From: the human T2T-CHM13v2.0 reference genome, Homo sapiens
Direction: 5' to 3' (one strand)
Assembly: GCF_009914755.1 (NCBI RefSeq)
Contig: NC_060931.1
Length of the DNA stretch: 64,000 nucleotides
Below, piece by piece: positions 29,801 through 43,888 of this stretch. How positions within the stretch are numbered: position 1 is the first letter of the stretch; every line of letters begins with the position of its first letter. Both the position numbers and the translations under genes were made by a program. The notes below the pieces were generated by a model. The model ran no database searches, was not told the origin of the DNA, and was given only the letters and a program-made list of their open reading frames with translations.

Positions 29801-31289
29801 GCTTTCTTCAGCTTGTTGCAGTAGAACTGTCTTCCACTTAAAAATGGCTTGTATTTACGGATAATTCAGGTGGTATCTGTGTCCCACCAACCTCCTTCAG
29901 CTCTTTGCGGAGGAGGAGGTGTTTCTCTGAGAGCATGAATGTTGCTCAGGGCATGAACACCGTTCAGAGGACATGATACTTACTAGATAGTAGAAGGGTA
30001 TGGGAGATCTGTAAGCCACTAAGGAGAAACTCCATTAAATTCCTAACACTTTGAATTCAAAACGAGTCTATCATCAGTAATTAATTTATCAAATAACAGC
30101 ATCATTTTACTATTTGCCCTTCTTGGGCATTGTGAGAGTGTGGGAGTGAAAACAAAACATGATCATTCAAGTGAGCACTTAAAAAAAAAAAAAAAAAAAA
30201 AGGTACTCTCCAGATACCTAGACTCCATGCCAGAGAAAGGGGATCCCATCCAACTTAAGTCCTAAGGGCACATTTTTGTTATTTCTACCTTCATCTTTTT
30301 TGATGTGTCATGTTCTAAAGACCTTGTGAGCTTTGCTACATATTAGGTTTCTGAAAAGTCTTTCGGTTAAACTGATAGACATCAAATTGTGAGGAGAATT
30401 TGCTACTTAAGAAATGATTTGCTCAGAGTGAGAACACCACTCAGAGGAAATGATTCCTACTAGATAGTAGGATTGTAAAATTCTACTGGAAGTAGGCTGT
30501 AACATGAAAATTTTCTTTTATCATTGTTTAAGTCCAGCTATGAATATATCACATATGTTTGTATATTTTCTCCCTTTTTGTCACTCCCAAGACTGTCAAG
30601 TTTTGAGGAAAAGACATGAAACTTCAAGAGTACTTTTCAAAAGACTTCTGCAAACCATTTGAAACTATATAAATGAACTTTTTAGGTAAAGCAAATGGAT
30701 TGACTAGCAAACTGTAAAGAGCTTTTTACCTGCACCAGCCATGAATTCTGGGGCAGAAATTGTGTACTGTTGCTCCATTTCCATTTGTGAATAGAGAACA
30801 TCTTTTATTAATAGATGAAAATCTCCATCTATATTGTAATGGTAAAATATCTGCAAAACAAGGAAAGGGAGGAGAAATTGCTCAAGCTGATCATGATCTT
30901 TTCCTACCTAAAATGCTCCTGTGGCTTCTTCTTGTCTCCTGCAGTGGTTCTCAGGCCCAGACCACTTTGAGGGACAGGTTCAACCCACAGTATGTGAAGG
31001 TAACGTCCCTGTGGAAGGAAGGATGTGTGACAATGGGAGATGGGGAGGGGGGGTTGCATTACAATATCCAAAGGGAGTGAGTGCTTCAGAATGTTAAGAC
31101 TCCACAGATGGCCTTTAGAGATTCTGACAAATAACACCACTACCCTAGTGCACCCCAAAGAGAAAGCCTTTTCTCATTGCCACCGTCCTGGAGGAAGAAA
31201 TAAAATAAAGCCCCAAATTCTTTACTCCAGTATATAGTTCAGTATATACATATATCCTACATATTCTAACTCTTACCTAAAGCTCCTGC

Positions 31290-31640
31290 TCATTGTCTGT
31301 AGGTTCCTCAATGCGTTCTGTGACCAGCAAGAGTAAATGATCAGCATTCCCCCCAGATATGCCATTTTCCCTCAGATCTATGTGTATTTTCTCTGCCTGG
31401 AATGCCTCTCCCCTTATACATTATCTCGAAAACTCCTTCTTATCCTTCAAGTCTCAGCTCAAGACTTTATATCGTCTAAGGCATACTCTTGGTCCCCTCC
31501 TGGAAGCTAAGCATCACCTTCTTTTGATCATCTATTCATCCCCTCCACTGACTGAGAGTAAGAACTGCCTTCTTTAACATTTTCATTGCACCAGGCACAT
31601 AGTAGCTAATAAATACATACTTGGCAAATAAATGAATGCA
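31290..31640 (+). mobile_element. L2 3' end
   Basis: ctctgcctggaatgcc...atccttcaagtctcagctc...aggcacatagtagctaataaata...aaatgaatg. Confidence 0.75.
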
Positions 31641-31878
31641 GTATTATTCAAAGAGGAATATACCTCATTTAGAACGCTCAGAAATGATAACTTGGTACCA
31701 TGAAAGAAACTAGTGTAAATCTTGTTTTAAAAATTAATCTACTAGCCTCTATTTTAAAATTTAATTTTTATAGCAGGCAAAGAGATGGCAAGCATCACAA
31801 ACAAATATTGTAGTGGAATTTGGATCTTTAAAATTATAGACTGTTCAGATGAGAGAACATAAAATGATAACATTGTAG

Positions 31879-32025
31879 ACCTAGGTGCAGTGGCTCACTC
31901 CCGTAATACAAGCTACTTGGGAGCTGAGGCAAGAGGATTGCTTGAGGCCAGGAGTTCAAGATCAGCTGGGGCAATTATAACAACACTGTCTCTAAAAAGA
32001 TAAATAAATAGATAAATAAATAAAA
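31879..32025 (+). mobile_element. FLAM/Alu monomer
   Basis: Single Alu arm followed by a (taaa)n tail. Confidence 0.8.
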
Positions 32026-32634
32026 GACAGCACTGTAGATTCTAAAACTGAACAGGAAATCAGAGCTATTTTTGGGCCTAATTTCAACATATATCATATG
32101 AGGAGATATCATGGGAAGTGGGAACTAACGGGAAACTGGAATTGATAACCATGAAGTGTAGCAAATTTCTAAACTCCTCCAAAAGTCTTCTCTGACAGTG
32201 GGTAATACACTCTTTACCTCAACACTTGCTCATCTAGTGTTTGATGATTCTCTAAGAAAATGCAATAAAATGAGTTTTAAATTCTACTTCAATTTCTGCT
32301 ATATGACATTCTCTTTATTCTAAAGTAGTTACTAGTATAAACTTTTAAAAAGCTGATTTTGATAAATCAACAACCCTTAGTCATAAAGTAAGTCAAACAA
32401 AATGAGCGAAGAAAGATTTTTTCGGAGAGAAGGCACAGGAAAGAGGAGTAACATTCCTAGACTTAGGAAATTGTATATGGGTCTTCTGATCCTTAAGCAT
32501 AAGAACACTGTCTCTTTTCCTCATAACATCTTCATAATATACTGAGAAGCAAAGTAGAGGGGGGACAAGATGGAAAACCAGGAAAGGAAGTGTAGCCAGT
32601 TAGTGAGATGATTCCACAATAAAAAACCAAACCT

Positions 32635-32985
32635 AAAGTTTGCCAAATCCAATGGTCAGTTCTCTGTCCTCATCTTACTTGACTTAGCAGCAGAATTTGA
32701 TACAGTCGATCACTCCTTTCGGCTGTAAATATTTTTCTTCCCTTGGCTTGTATTCTGTCTCATAGCTCTGGTTAGCCCCGGAGTTCATCCCTTAAACATC
32801 TCTATTTTTATATGTGCATGTACTGCTTTGGTGAGCTCGTCTAGCCACACGGTTTTAAGTATCACTAATTTATTTCTTCAGCTCAGACTTTTCTTCTAAA
32901 CTTGGACCATATTAACCTGCCTACTTAACCTTTCTTGTTAGACTTTGATAGGTATCTCAAATTTTACATGATCCAAACTGAGTTC
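32635..32985 (+). mobile_element. L2a fragment
   Basis: tgccaaatccaatggtcagttctctgtcctcatcttacttgac...atccaaactgagttcc. Confidence 0.75.
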
Positions 32986-32986
32986 C

Positions 32987-33096
32987 AGGAGGATCACTGA
33001 AGCCCAGGTAATCAAGGCTGCAGTGAGCTATGATCGTGCCACTGCACTCAGCCTGTGTGACACAGAAAGGCCTTGTCAAAAAAAAAAAAAAAAAAA
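32987..33096 (+). mobile_element. Truncated Alu right arm (AluJ/FRAM) with A-tail
   Basis: ggaggatcactgaagcccagg...aaggctgcagtgagctatgatcg followed by an A-run. Confidence 0.85.
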
Positions 33097-34255
33097 GTAA
33101 GAGAAAAAGAAAGAAGTTTTAATGTCCTGATGCACAGAAATTAGAGTATCTGAGGGAGGCGGCTAGGCATCAGTGTTTTCTAAAGCTCCCCAGGTGATTC
33201 CAATGCAAGTCAAACCTAAGAACAACTGCTCTATGGAAGTCACACTTAAGAGTTTACATACTAACATCTTGTTCTAAATGTTTCTTAGTAGAATCTATCT
33301 TTTCTCCCTGTAATAGATTAGTATAATATTTCTTATAAGGTTTTCAACCACTCAACATGACAGCATTTTGTACAGAAAGCAAGAAAATCAACCTAAAATC
33401 ATTAGAACAAATAGGAATTCTAAAATGCAGCTGAATAAAAATAAATATACAAAGACTGTTAGCTTTCAATGTGCCAGAATAACCAGGGGAAACAATTCTA
33501 TTCACGAAGAAATAAAAATCACAAACTATTGAAGAATAAATATGTCAGGAATATTCAAGACTTCAGTAAAACTATGAAACTTTCCATTAGTTCAAAAGAA
33601 AAGTTTTGAATAAATTAAGACATATTTTCCTGGGTGAGAGTCAATATTTTAAATATGTAAAAATATTGAACATATTTGTCAAAATAAGTTCATTCTTCCC
33701 AAAGGGATCTTTTCTTAGTGCACTTACAGTCACAATTCCATTTTGACTAGATGATTCTAAGAGTCACCTGAAAGAAACAATGAGTGAAATCAAAATATTT
33801 TTAAAAGGAAAATTACGAGGAAAGATCTTCCCTCCCAAATAAAAATAATGTGAAACCAGTAAAGGAAAAGACCAATATACGTATGTGTTAGCATTTCCAT
33901 GACTTTGTTATTCAGTTGTAAAATATAATTATCTGAACAAAGAATTCAAATAATCTTGCATTTGAATTTTGTACCAATCCCCCTCTTAGAAATTAATTTT
34001 TAAATTTCTGAAAATTGAAAAATTTGTTGTTTCTTAAAAATAAACTGTTTAACTGTTAAATTGTTAAAGAAACAAGCAAATTTATCCAAGCAGAAGAGAC
34101 AACTTCCTCCCCCTATTCCCTAAACCTTAATTTAGAGCACACTAGGAGAAAGTCCTCAAACTGACACATTACATGTAGGAATGCATATGCAATATTGCTG
34201 GATTAACATCAGCACCCTTTGACCTGGATTTCTTACTTACGTTTATGCTTTACAT

Positions 34256-37200
34256 TTTTCCAGCTTTATTGAGGTATAATTAATAAATAAAACGTGTATA
34301 TACATAATGCTGCAATGTGATTGTTTGATATATTTACACATTGTGAAATGATTACCACAACCAAGCTAATTAACATATCCATCACCTTACATAGTTACTA
34401 TTTGTGTGTGTGTGTGTGTGTGTGTGTGGTGAGAACAATTAAGCAAACTCTCTTAGCAAACTTTAAGTATACTATAAATTATCATTAACTATAGTTACCA
34501 TGCTGTACATTAGATCTCTAAAACTTATAACTGAAACTCTGTTTCTATGAATTCAACGTTTTTAGATTCCACATATAAGAGATATCATGCAGTATTTGTC
34601 TTTCTGTTACTAGCTTATTTCACCTACTATAAGGTCCTCCAGTTTCATTCATGTTGTCACGAATACCAGAATTTCTTTTTTCTTAAGGTTGAGTAATCTT
34701 CCATGATAAATATATATTACATTTTCTTTATCCATTCATCCACTTATGGACACTTAGGTTAATTCCACCTCTTGCTTATTCTGAATAATGCTGCAATGAA
34801 TATGGAAGTGCAAATATGTCTTTGAGATACTGATTTCAATTCCTTTAGCTATATACTAACAGGTGAGGTTGCTAGATCATATAATAGATTTATTTTAAAT
34901 TTTTTGAGGAACCACCAAACTGTTTTCCATAATGGCTGTACGAATTTACTTTCCTACCAAGAGTGTACAAGACGTTTTATTTCTCCACTTCATCATCAAC
35001 ACTTGCTATCTTTTGACTTTTTGACAACAGCCTTCCTAACAGGTGTGAAGTGCTGTCTCTTTGTGGTTTTCATTTGCATTTCCCTAAGGATTAATGATGT
35101 TGAGGACCTTTTCACTCCTGTTGGACACTTGTATATCTTCTTTAGAAAAAATGTCTATTCAGATCCTTTGCCTGTTTTTTAATTAGGTTATTTGTTTTTT
35201 CTGTATTGAGTTGTATACATTCCTTATATATTTTGGATATATGTTTTGTAAATATTTTCTCCCTTGGTTGCATTTTCTTTCGTTGATTGTTTCCTTTGCT
35301 GTGCAGAAACTTTTAAAATTTGATTTGCTTGTACTTGTTTATTTTTGCTTTTATTGCCTGTCCTTTTGGTGTCATATCCAAAAAATTATTGCCAAGTCCA
35401 TTGTCAAGTACACCTCCCCCAGCCAACCCCATTTTTCTTCTAGTAGTTTTACAGTTTCAAGTCTTAAATTTGTCTTTATTTTCAGTTAATTTTTGTATAT
35501 GGTGTAAGATAAGGGTTAATTTCATATATGTGGATATCCAGTTTTCCCAACATGATTTATTGAAAAGACTATCATTTCCTCATTGTGTATTTTTTGTGCC
35601 TTTGTCAAAGATCAGTTGATTATACATTTATGGGTTTATTTCTAGGCTCTGTGCTCTCTTTTGATGTGTCTGTTTTTATGAAAGTACTATATTGTTTTGT
35701 TTACTATATCTTTGTCTTTGTATTATAATTTGAAATCTTTGTATTATAATTTGAATTGTATTATAATTTGATGCTTTCAGCTTTGGTCTTTCTCAAGATT
35801 GATTTAGCCATTTAAGGTCTTTTTTGGTTCCATACAAATTTCAATATATTCCTCCCATTTCTGTGAAAAACATCATTGGAATTTTGGTAAGACTTGGATT
35901 GAATCTGTAGATCACTTTGTAGTGTGAACATTTTAACACTGTTAATTCTTCCAAATTCCATTTATTTGTGTCTTCTTTCAATGTCTTTCATCATTGTTTT
36001 ATGTTTTTCAGTGTACTCACCTTTCACCTCCTTGGTTAAATTTACTCCCAGGTATTTTATTTTTGTAGCTATTGTATATGGGATTTTATTAAAATTTATT
36101 TTTCTGATATTTTATTGTTAGTGTATAGAAATACTACTAATTTCTGTAGGTTAATTTTGTATCCTGCAACTTTACTGTATTTGTTTATTAGTTCTAATAG
36201 TTCTTTGGTGAAGTCTTTGAGGTTTTTTTTTTATACATGGTATTATGTCATCTGCAGAGACAACTTAACTTCTTCCTTTTCTATTTGGATGCCTTTTATT
36301 TCTTTCTCTTTCCTAATTGCTCTGGTGAGAACCTCCAGTACTATATTGAATAGAAGTGACGAGAGAAGGCTTCCTTGTCTTGTTCCAGTTCTTAAAGAAA
36401 AGCTTTCAGCTTTTCACCTGTATGTTCACTGTAAGCTTGCCAAATATGACCTTTATTGTGTTGAGGTACATTCTTTCTATACCTAATTAGCTGAGAGTTT
36501 TTAATATCAAAAAAGATGTTGATATTTGTCAAATACTTTTTCTGCATCAGTTGAGATGATCATGATTTTTATCCTCTATTCTGTTAATGTGGCATATCAT
36601 ATTTATTGATTTACTTATGTTAAATTATACTTGCATCCCAGAGATAAATGCCACTTAACCATGGTACATAATCCTTTTAATGCACTGCTGAATTTGGTTT
36701 ACTAGTATTTTGTTGAAGTTTTTGCATCTATGTTCATCAGGGATATTGCCATGTAATTTTCTTTCTTATGGTGTCCTTGTCTGGCTTTGGTATCAGGATA
36801 ATGCTGGCCTTATAAAATGAGTTTGGGAGTATTCCCTCCTCTTCAACTTTTTGCAAGAGTTTGAGCAGAATTGGAATTAATGCTTTAAGTGTTTGAAAAA
36901 ATTCAAAAGTGAAGGCACTAGGTTTGGGTTTCTCTTTGTAGGGAGATTTTTGATTACTGATTTAATTTCCTTTCTCATTTTGGTCTATTCAGATTTTCTG
37001 TTTCTTCATAGTTCAGTCTTGGTAGGTTGTAGGTTTCTAGCATTTGTCTATTCTTCTAGGTTATACAGTTTATTAGTGCTTAATTGTTCATTGTAGTTTC
37101 TTATAATCTTTTGTATTTCTGTATTTTTATATATGTGATTTTATTCATTTCATTTGAATCTTCTCTCTTTTTTTCTTAGTTAGGCCAGCTAAAGTTTCGT

Positions 37201-38065
37201 TAATTTTATCTTTTCAAAAAGCCAACTTTTGATCTTTTCTCTTGTTTGTCTTATCTCTATTTCATTTATTTTTGCTCTGATTTTCCTTTCTTTCTTTCTT
37301 TCCTTCTTTTTCTTTCTTTCCTTCTTCCTTCCTTCCTTCCTCCCTTCCTTCCTTCCTTTCTGTCTTTTTTCTACTAACTTTGGGGTTATTTTGTTTTTCT
37401 TTTTCTAGTTGTTTGAGGTATAAAGTTAGGCTATTTATTTGGGATTTTTTTTTTCTTAACATAGGTGTTTACTGCTATGCTCTTCCCTTTTAGAATTGCT
37501 TTTGCTACATCTTGCGAGTTTGGGTGTGTTCTATGTCCATTTTTGTTTGTCTCAAGAGTTTTTAAATTTCCCTTTTGATTTCTTTTTTGACCCACTGGTT
37601 TTTCATGAGTGTGTTTAATCTTCACATATTTTTTAATTTTCCCATTTTTTTTCTATTATTGGTTTCTTGTTCCATACCATTGTGGTTGGAAAAGATAATT
37701 GATATGAATTCAATCTAGTTAAATTTCTTAAGATTTCTTTAGGGCCTAACATGATCTATCCTGGAGAATGTTCTATGTCCATTGATAATGTGTATTCTTC
37801 TATGTAATGTTCTGCATATGTCTGTTAGGTTCATTTAGTCTAAAGTTCAATATTTCCTTGCTGGTTTTCCTGTCTAAATAATCTTTTCATTGTTGAAAGT
37901 AGAGTATTGAAGTCCCCTACTATTATTGTCTATTTCTCCCTTCAGAACTCTTAATATTTCCTTACTATGTTTAGGTGCTCTGATGTTGGGTGCACATATA
38001 ATTACAATTGTTATTTTCTCTTGATAAATTTAACCACTTCATCATTATATAATGACTTTCATCTC
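34256..38065 (-). mobile_element. L1MA (MA8/9-like), ~3.8 kb, 3'UTR to ORF2 endonuclease region
   Basis: ccagctttattgaggtataatt 3' end; continuous antisense ORF2 text; contains (TG)n at 34404-34428 and (TTCC)n near 37281-37360. Confidence 0.9.
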
Positions 38066-38066
38066 T

Positions 38067-41000
38067 TTATTATTATTATTATTATTATCATTATTATTAT
38101 TATACTTTAAGTTCAAGGGTACATATGCACAATGTGGAGGTTTGTTACATAGGTATACATGTGCCATAGTGGTGTGCTGCACCCATCAACTCATCATTTA
38201 CATTAGGTATTTCTCCTAACACTATCCCTCCTCCAGCCCCCACCTCTCAACAGCCCCTGGTGTGTGATGTTCCCTTCTCTCTGTCCCTGTGTTCTCATTA
38301 TTCAACTCTCACTTATGAGTGAGAATATGCTGTGTTTGGTTTTATGTCCTTGTGATATTTTGCTGAGAATGGTGGTTTCCAGCTTTATCCATGTCCCTGC
38401 AAAGGACATGAACTCATCCTTTTTTATGGCTGCATAGTATTGCATGGTGTATATGTGCCACATTTTCTTTATCCAGTCTAATATTGATGGACATTTGGGT
38501 TGATTCCAAGTCTTGCTATTGTGAAGAGGGCCACAATAAACATATGTGTGCATGTGTCTTTATAGTAGCATGATATACAATCATTCGGGTATATACCCAG
38601 TAATGGGATCGCTAAGTCAAATGGTATTTCTAGTTCCAGATCCTTGAGGAATCGCCACGCTGTCTTCCACAATTATTGAACTAATTTACACTCCCACCAA
38701 CAGTGTAAAAGCGTTCCTATTTCTCCACATCCTCTCCAGCATCTGTTGTTTCCTGAATTTTTAATGATTGTCATTCTAACTGGCATGAGATGGTATCTCA
38801 TTGTGGTTTTGATTTGCATTTCTCTGATGATCAGTGATGGTGAGCATTTCTTCATGTGTTTTTTGGCTGCATAAATGTCTTCTTTTGAGAAGTGTCTGTT
38901 CATGTCCTTTGCCCACTTGTTGATGGGGTTGTTTGTTTTTTTTCCTGTAAATTTGTTTAAGTTCTGTGTAGATTCTGGTTATTCACCCTTTGTCAGATGG
39001 ATAGGTTGCAAAAATTTTATCCCATTCTGTAGGTTGCCCGTTCACTCTGATGATAGTTTATTTTGCTGTGCAGAAGCTCTTTAGTTTAATTAGATCCCAT
39101 TTGTCTATTTTGGCTTTTGTTGTCATTGCTTTTCGTGTTTTAGTCATGAAGTCTTTGCTCATGCCTATGTGCTGAATGGTATTGCCTAGGTTTTCTTCTA
39201 GGGCTTTTATGGTTTTAGGTCTTACATTTAAGTCTTTAATCCATCTTGAGTTAATGTTTTGTAGGGTGTAAGGAAGGGGTCCAGTTTCAGCTTTCTACAT
39301 ATGGCTAGCCAGTTTTCCCAGCACCATTTATTAAATAGGGAATCCTTTCCCCATTTCTTGTTTTTGTCAGGTTTGTCAAAGATCAGATGGTTATAGATGT
39401 GTGGTGTTATTTCTGAGGCCTCTGTTCTGTTCCATTGGTCTATATCTCTGTTTTGGTTACTGTAGCCTCATAGTATAGTTCGATGTCAGGTAGCGTGATG
39501 CCTCCAACTTTGTTCTATTTGCTTAGGATTGTCTTGGCTATGCGGGCTCCTTTTTGGTTCCATATGAACTTTAAAGTAGTTTTTTCCAATTCTGTGAACA
39601 AAGGCAGTGGTAGCTTGATGGGGAGGGCATTGAATCTATAAATTACCTTGGGCAGTATGGCCATTTTCACAATACTGATTCTTCCTATCCATGAGCATGG
39701 AATGTTCTTCCATTTGTTTGTGTCTTCTTTTATTTTATTGAGCAGTGGTTTGTAGTTCTCCTTGAAGAGGTCCTTCACGTCCCCTGTAAGGTGGATTCCT
39801 AGGTATTTTATTCTCTTTGTAGTAATTGTAAATGGGAGTTCACTCATAATTTGGCTCTCTGTTTGTCTGTTCTTGCTGTATAGGAATGCTTGTGATTTTT
39901 GCAAATTGATTTTGTATCCTGAGACTTTGCTGAAGTTGCTTATCAGCTTAAGGAGATTTTGGGCTGAGACAATGGGATTTTCTAAATATAAAATCATGTC
40001 ATCTGCAAATACAGACAATTTGACTTCCTCTTTTCCTGATTGAATACCCTATATTTCTTTATCTTGCCTGATTGCCCTGGCCAGAACTTCCAATACTATG
40101 TTGAATAGGAGTGGTGAGAGAGGTCATCCTTGTCTTGTGCCAGTTTTCAAAAGGAATGCTTCCAGTTTTTGCCCACTTAGTAACATATTGGCTGTGGGTT
40201 TGTCATAAATAGCTCTTATTATTTTGAAACACATTCCATCAATATCTAGTTTATTGAGAGTTTTAACATGAAAGGCTGTTGAAGTTTGTCGAAGGCCTTT
40301 TCTGCACATATTGAGATAATCATGTGGTTTTTGTTGTTGGTTCTGTTTATGTGATGGATTACATTTATTGATTTGTGTATAATGAACCAGACTTGCATCC
40401 CAGGGATGAAGCCAACTTGATCGTGGTGGATATGCTTTTTGACGTGCTGCTGGATTCGGTTTGCCAGTGTTTTACTGAGGATTTTCACATCGATGTTCAT
40501 CAGGGATATTGGCCTAAAATTATCTTTTTATATAGTGTCTCTGCCAGGCTTTGGTATCAGGATGATGCTGACCTCATAAAATGAGTTAGGGAAGATTACC
40601 TCTTTTTCTGTTGATTGAAATAGTTTCAGAAGGAATGGTACCAGCTTTTCTTTGTACCTCTGGTAGAATTTGGCTGTGAATCCTTCTGGCCCCAGACTTT
40701 TTTTTGTTGGTAGGCTATTAATTAATGCCTCAATTTCAGGACCTGTTATTGGTCTATTCAGAGATTCAACTTTTTCCTGGTTTAGTCTTGGGAGGGTGTA
40801 TGTGTCCAGGAATTTATCCATTTCTTCTAGATATTTTAGTTTATTTCTGTAGAGGTGTTTATAGTATTCTGATAGTAGTTTGTATTTCTGTGGGATCAGT
40901 GGTGATATCCCCTTTATCATTTTTTATTGCATCTATTTGATTCTTATCTCTTTTCTTCTTTATTAGTCTTGCTAGCTGTCTATCTATTTTGTTGATCTTT

Positions 41001-43888
41001 TCAAAAAACCACCTCTTGGATTCATTGATTTTTTGTGTCTCTGTCTCATTCAGTTCTGCTCCGATCTTAGTTATTTCTTGTCTTCTGCTAGCTTTTGAAT
41101 TTGTTTCTCTTGCTTCTCTAGTTCTTTTAATTGTGATGTTAGGGTGATTATTTTAGATCTTTCCTGCTTTCTCTTGTGGGCATTTAGTGCTATAAATTTC
41201 CCTCTACACACTGCTTTAAATGTATCCCAGAGATTCTGGTACGTTGTGTCTTTGTTCTCATTGATTTCAAAGAACATCTTCATTTCTGCCTTCATTTTGT
41301 TATTTACCCAGTAGTCACTCAGGAGCAGGTTGTTCAGTTTCCATGCAGTTGTGCAGTTTGGAGTGAGTTTCTTAATCCTTATTTCTAATTTGATTGCACT
41401 GTGGTCTGAGAGACCGTTTGTTGCGATTTCTGTTCTTTTACATTTGCTGAGGAGTGTTTTACTTCCAATTTTTTGGTCAATTTTGGAATAAGTGCGATGT
41501 GGTGCTGAGAAGAATGTATATTCTGTTGATTTGGGGTGGAGAGTTCTGTAGATGTGCATTACGTCTGAATTCAAGTCCTGGATATCCTTGTTAATTTTCT
41601 GTCTCATTGATCTGTCCAATATTGACAGTGCGGTATTAAAGTCTTCCATTATTATTGTGTGGGAGTCTAAGTCTCTTTGTAGTTCTCTAAGGACTTATTT
41701 TATGAATCTCGGTGCTCCTGTATTGGGTGCATATATATTTAGGATAGTTAGTTCTTCCTGTTGAATTGATCCCTTTACCATTATGTAATGGTTTTCTTTG
41801 TCTCTTTTGATCTTTGTTGGTTTAAAGTTTGTTTTATCAGAGACCAGGATTGCAGCCCCTGCTTTTTTTTTACTTTCCATTTGTTTGGTAGATCTTACTC
41901 CAACCCTTTATTTTGAGCCTATGTGTGTCTTTGCATGTGAGATGGGTCTCCTGAATATAGCACACAGATGGGTCTTGACTTTTTATCCAATTTGCCAGTC
42001 TGTGTCTTGTAATTGGGGCATTTAGCCTGTTTACATTTAAGGTTAATATTGTTATGTGTGAGTTTGATCCTGCCATTATAATGTTAGCTGGTTATTTTGC
42101 CCGTTAATTGATGCAGTTTCTTCACAGCCTCGATGGTCTTTATAATTTGGCATGTTTTTGCAGTGGCTGGTACCCGTTGTTCCTTTCCATGTTTAGTGCT
42201 TCCTTCAGGAGCTCTTGTAAGGCAGGCCTGGTGTGACAAAATCTCTCAGCATTTACTTGTCTATAAAGGATTTTATTTCTCCTTCACTTACGAAGCTTAG
42301 TTTGGCTGGATATGAAATTCTGGGTTGAAAATTCTTTTTTTTTCTTTAAGAATGTTGAATACTTGGCCCCCACTCTCTTCTGGCTTGTAGGGTTTCTGCC
42401 AAGAGATCCACTGTTAAGTCTGATGGGCTTCTCTTTGTGGGTAACCTGACCTTTCTCTCTGGCTGCCCTTAACATTTTTTCCTTCATTTCAACCTTGGTG
42501 AATCTGAACACTTATGTGTCTTGGGGTTGCTCTTCTCGAGGAATAGCTTTGTGGCGTTCTCTGTATTTCCTGAATTTGAAAGTTGGCCTGCCTTGCTAGG
42601 TTGGGGAAGTTCTCCTGGATAATAGCCTGAAGAGTGTTTTCTAACTTGGTTCAATTCTCCCCATCACTTTCAGGTACACCAATCAAACATAGATTTGGTC
42701 TTTTCACATAGTCCCATATTTCTTGGAGGCTTTGTTCATTTCTTTTCACTCTTTTTTCTCTAATCTTGTCTTCTCGCTTTATTTCACTAATTTGATCATC
42801 AATCACGATATCCCTTCTTCTGCTTGATCAAATCAGCTACTGAAGCTTGTGTATGCTTCATGCAGTTCTCGTACTGTGGTTTTCAGCTCCATCAGGTCAT
42901 TTAAGCTCTTCTCTACACTGCTTATTCTAGTTTGCCATTCCTCTAACCTTTTTTCAAGGTTTTTAGCTTCCTTGCAATGGGTTAGAACATGCTTCTTTAG
43001 CTCAGAGAAGTTTGTTATTACTGACTTCTGAGGCCTACTTCTGTCAACTCGTCAAACTCATTCTCTGTCCAGTTTTGTTCCCTTGCTGGCAAGGAGTTGT
43101 GTTCCTTTGGAGGAGAAGAGGCATTCTGCTTTTTGGAATTTTCAGACTTTCTGCTCTGGTTTCTCCCCATCTTTGTGGTTTCATTTGCCTTTGGTCTTTG
43201 TTGTTGGTGACCTACGTATGGGGTTTTGGTGTGGATGTCCTTTTTGTTGATGTTGATGCTATTCCTTTCTGTTTGTTAGTTTTCCTTCTAACAGACAGGC
43301 CCCTCAGCTGCAAGTCTGTTGGAGTTTGCTGGAGGTCCACTCCAGACCCTGTTTGCCTAGGTATCACCAGCAGAAGCTGCAGAACAGCAAATATTGCTGC
43401 CTGATCCATCCTCTGGAAGCTTCGTCCCAGAGGGTCACCTGCCTGTATGAGGTGTCTGTCAGCCCCTACTGGGAGGAGTCTCCCTGTCAGGCTACACGGG
43501 GGTCAGGGACCCACTTAAGGAGGCAGTCTGTCCATTATTGGATCTCAAATGCCATGCTGGGAGAACCACTGCTCTCTTCAGAGCTGTCAGGCAGGGACGT
43601 TTAAGCCTGCAGAAGCTGTCTGCTGCCTTTTGTTCAGATAGGCCCTGCCCCCAGAGGTGGAATCAAGAGAGGCAGTAGGCCTTGCTGAGCAGCCGTGTGC
43701 TCCACCCAGTTCGAGCTTCCCTGCCGCTTTGTTTACACTGTGAGCATAAAACCGCCTACTCAAGCCTCAGCAATGGCAGATGCCCCTCCACCCGCCAAGC
43801 TCCAGCATCCCAGGTCGATCTCAGACTGCTGCACTAGCAGCAAGCAAGGCTCCGTGGACGTGGAACTCACTGAGCCAGGCATGGGAGG
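38067..43888 (-). mobile_element. Near-full-length L1PA6-like LINE-1 with disrupted ORF1/ORF2; roughly the first 340 nt of the 5'UTR missing
   Basis: (TTA)n tail; RT motif [12 protein letters not shown]; EN peptides ILTLNVN and LNIYAPNTGAPRFIK; ORF1 remnants; 5'UTR ggtatcaccagcagaagctgcagaacagcaaatattgctgcctgatcc; many frameshifts. Confidence 0.95.

Noticed and set aside
30181-30202. Isolated poly(A) run as a retrocopy tail
   Set aside because: No upstream retroelement body, poly(A) signal or TSD seen.
38067-43888. Retrotransposition-competent L1
   Set aside because: ORF1 and ORF2 are broken into many short frames and the 5' promoter start is missing.
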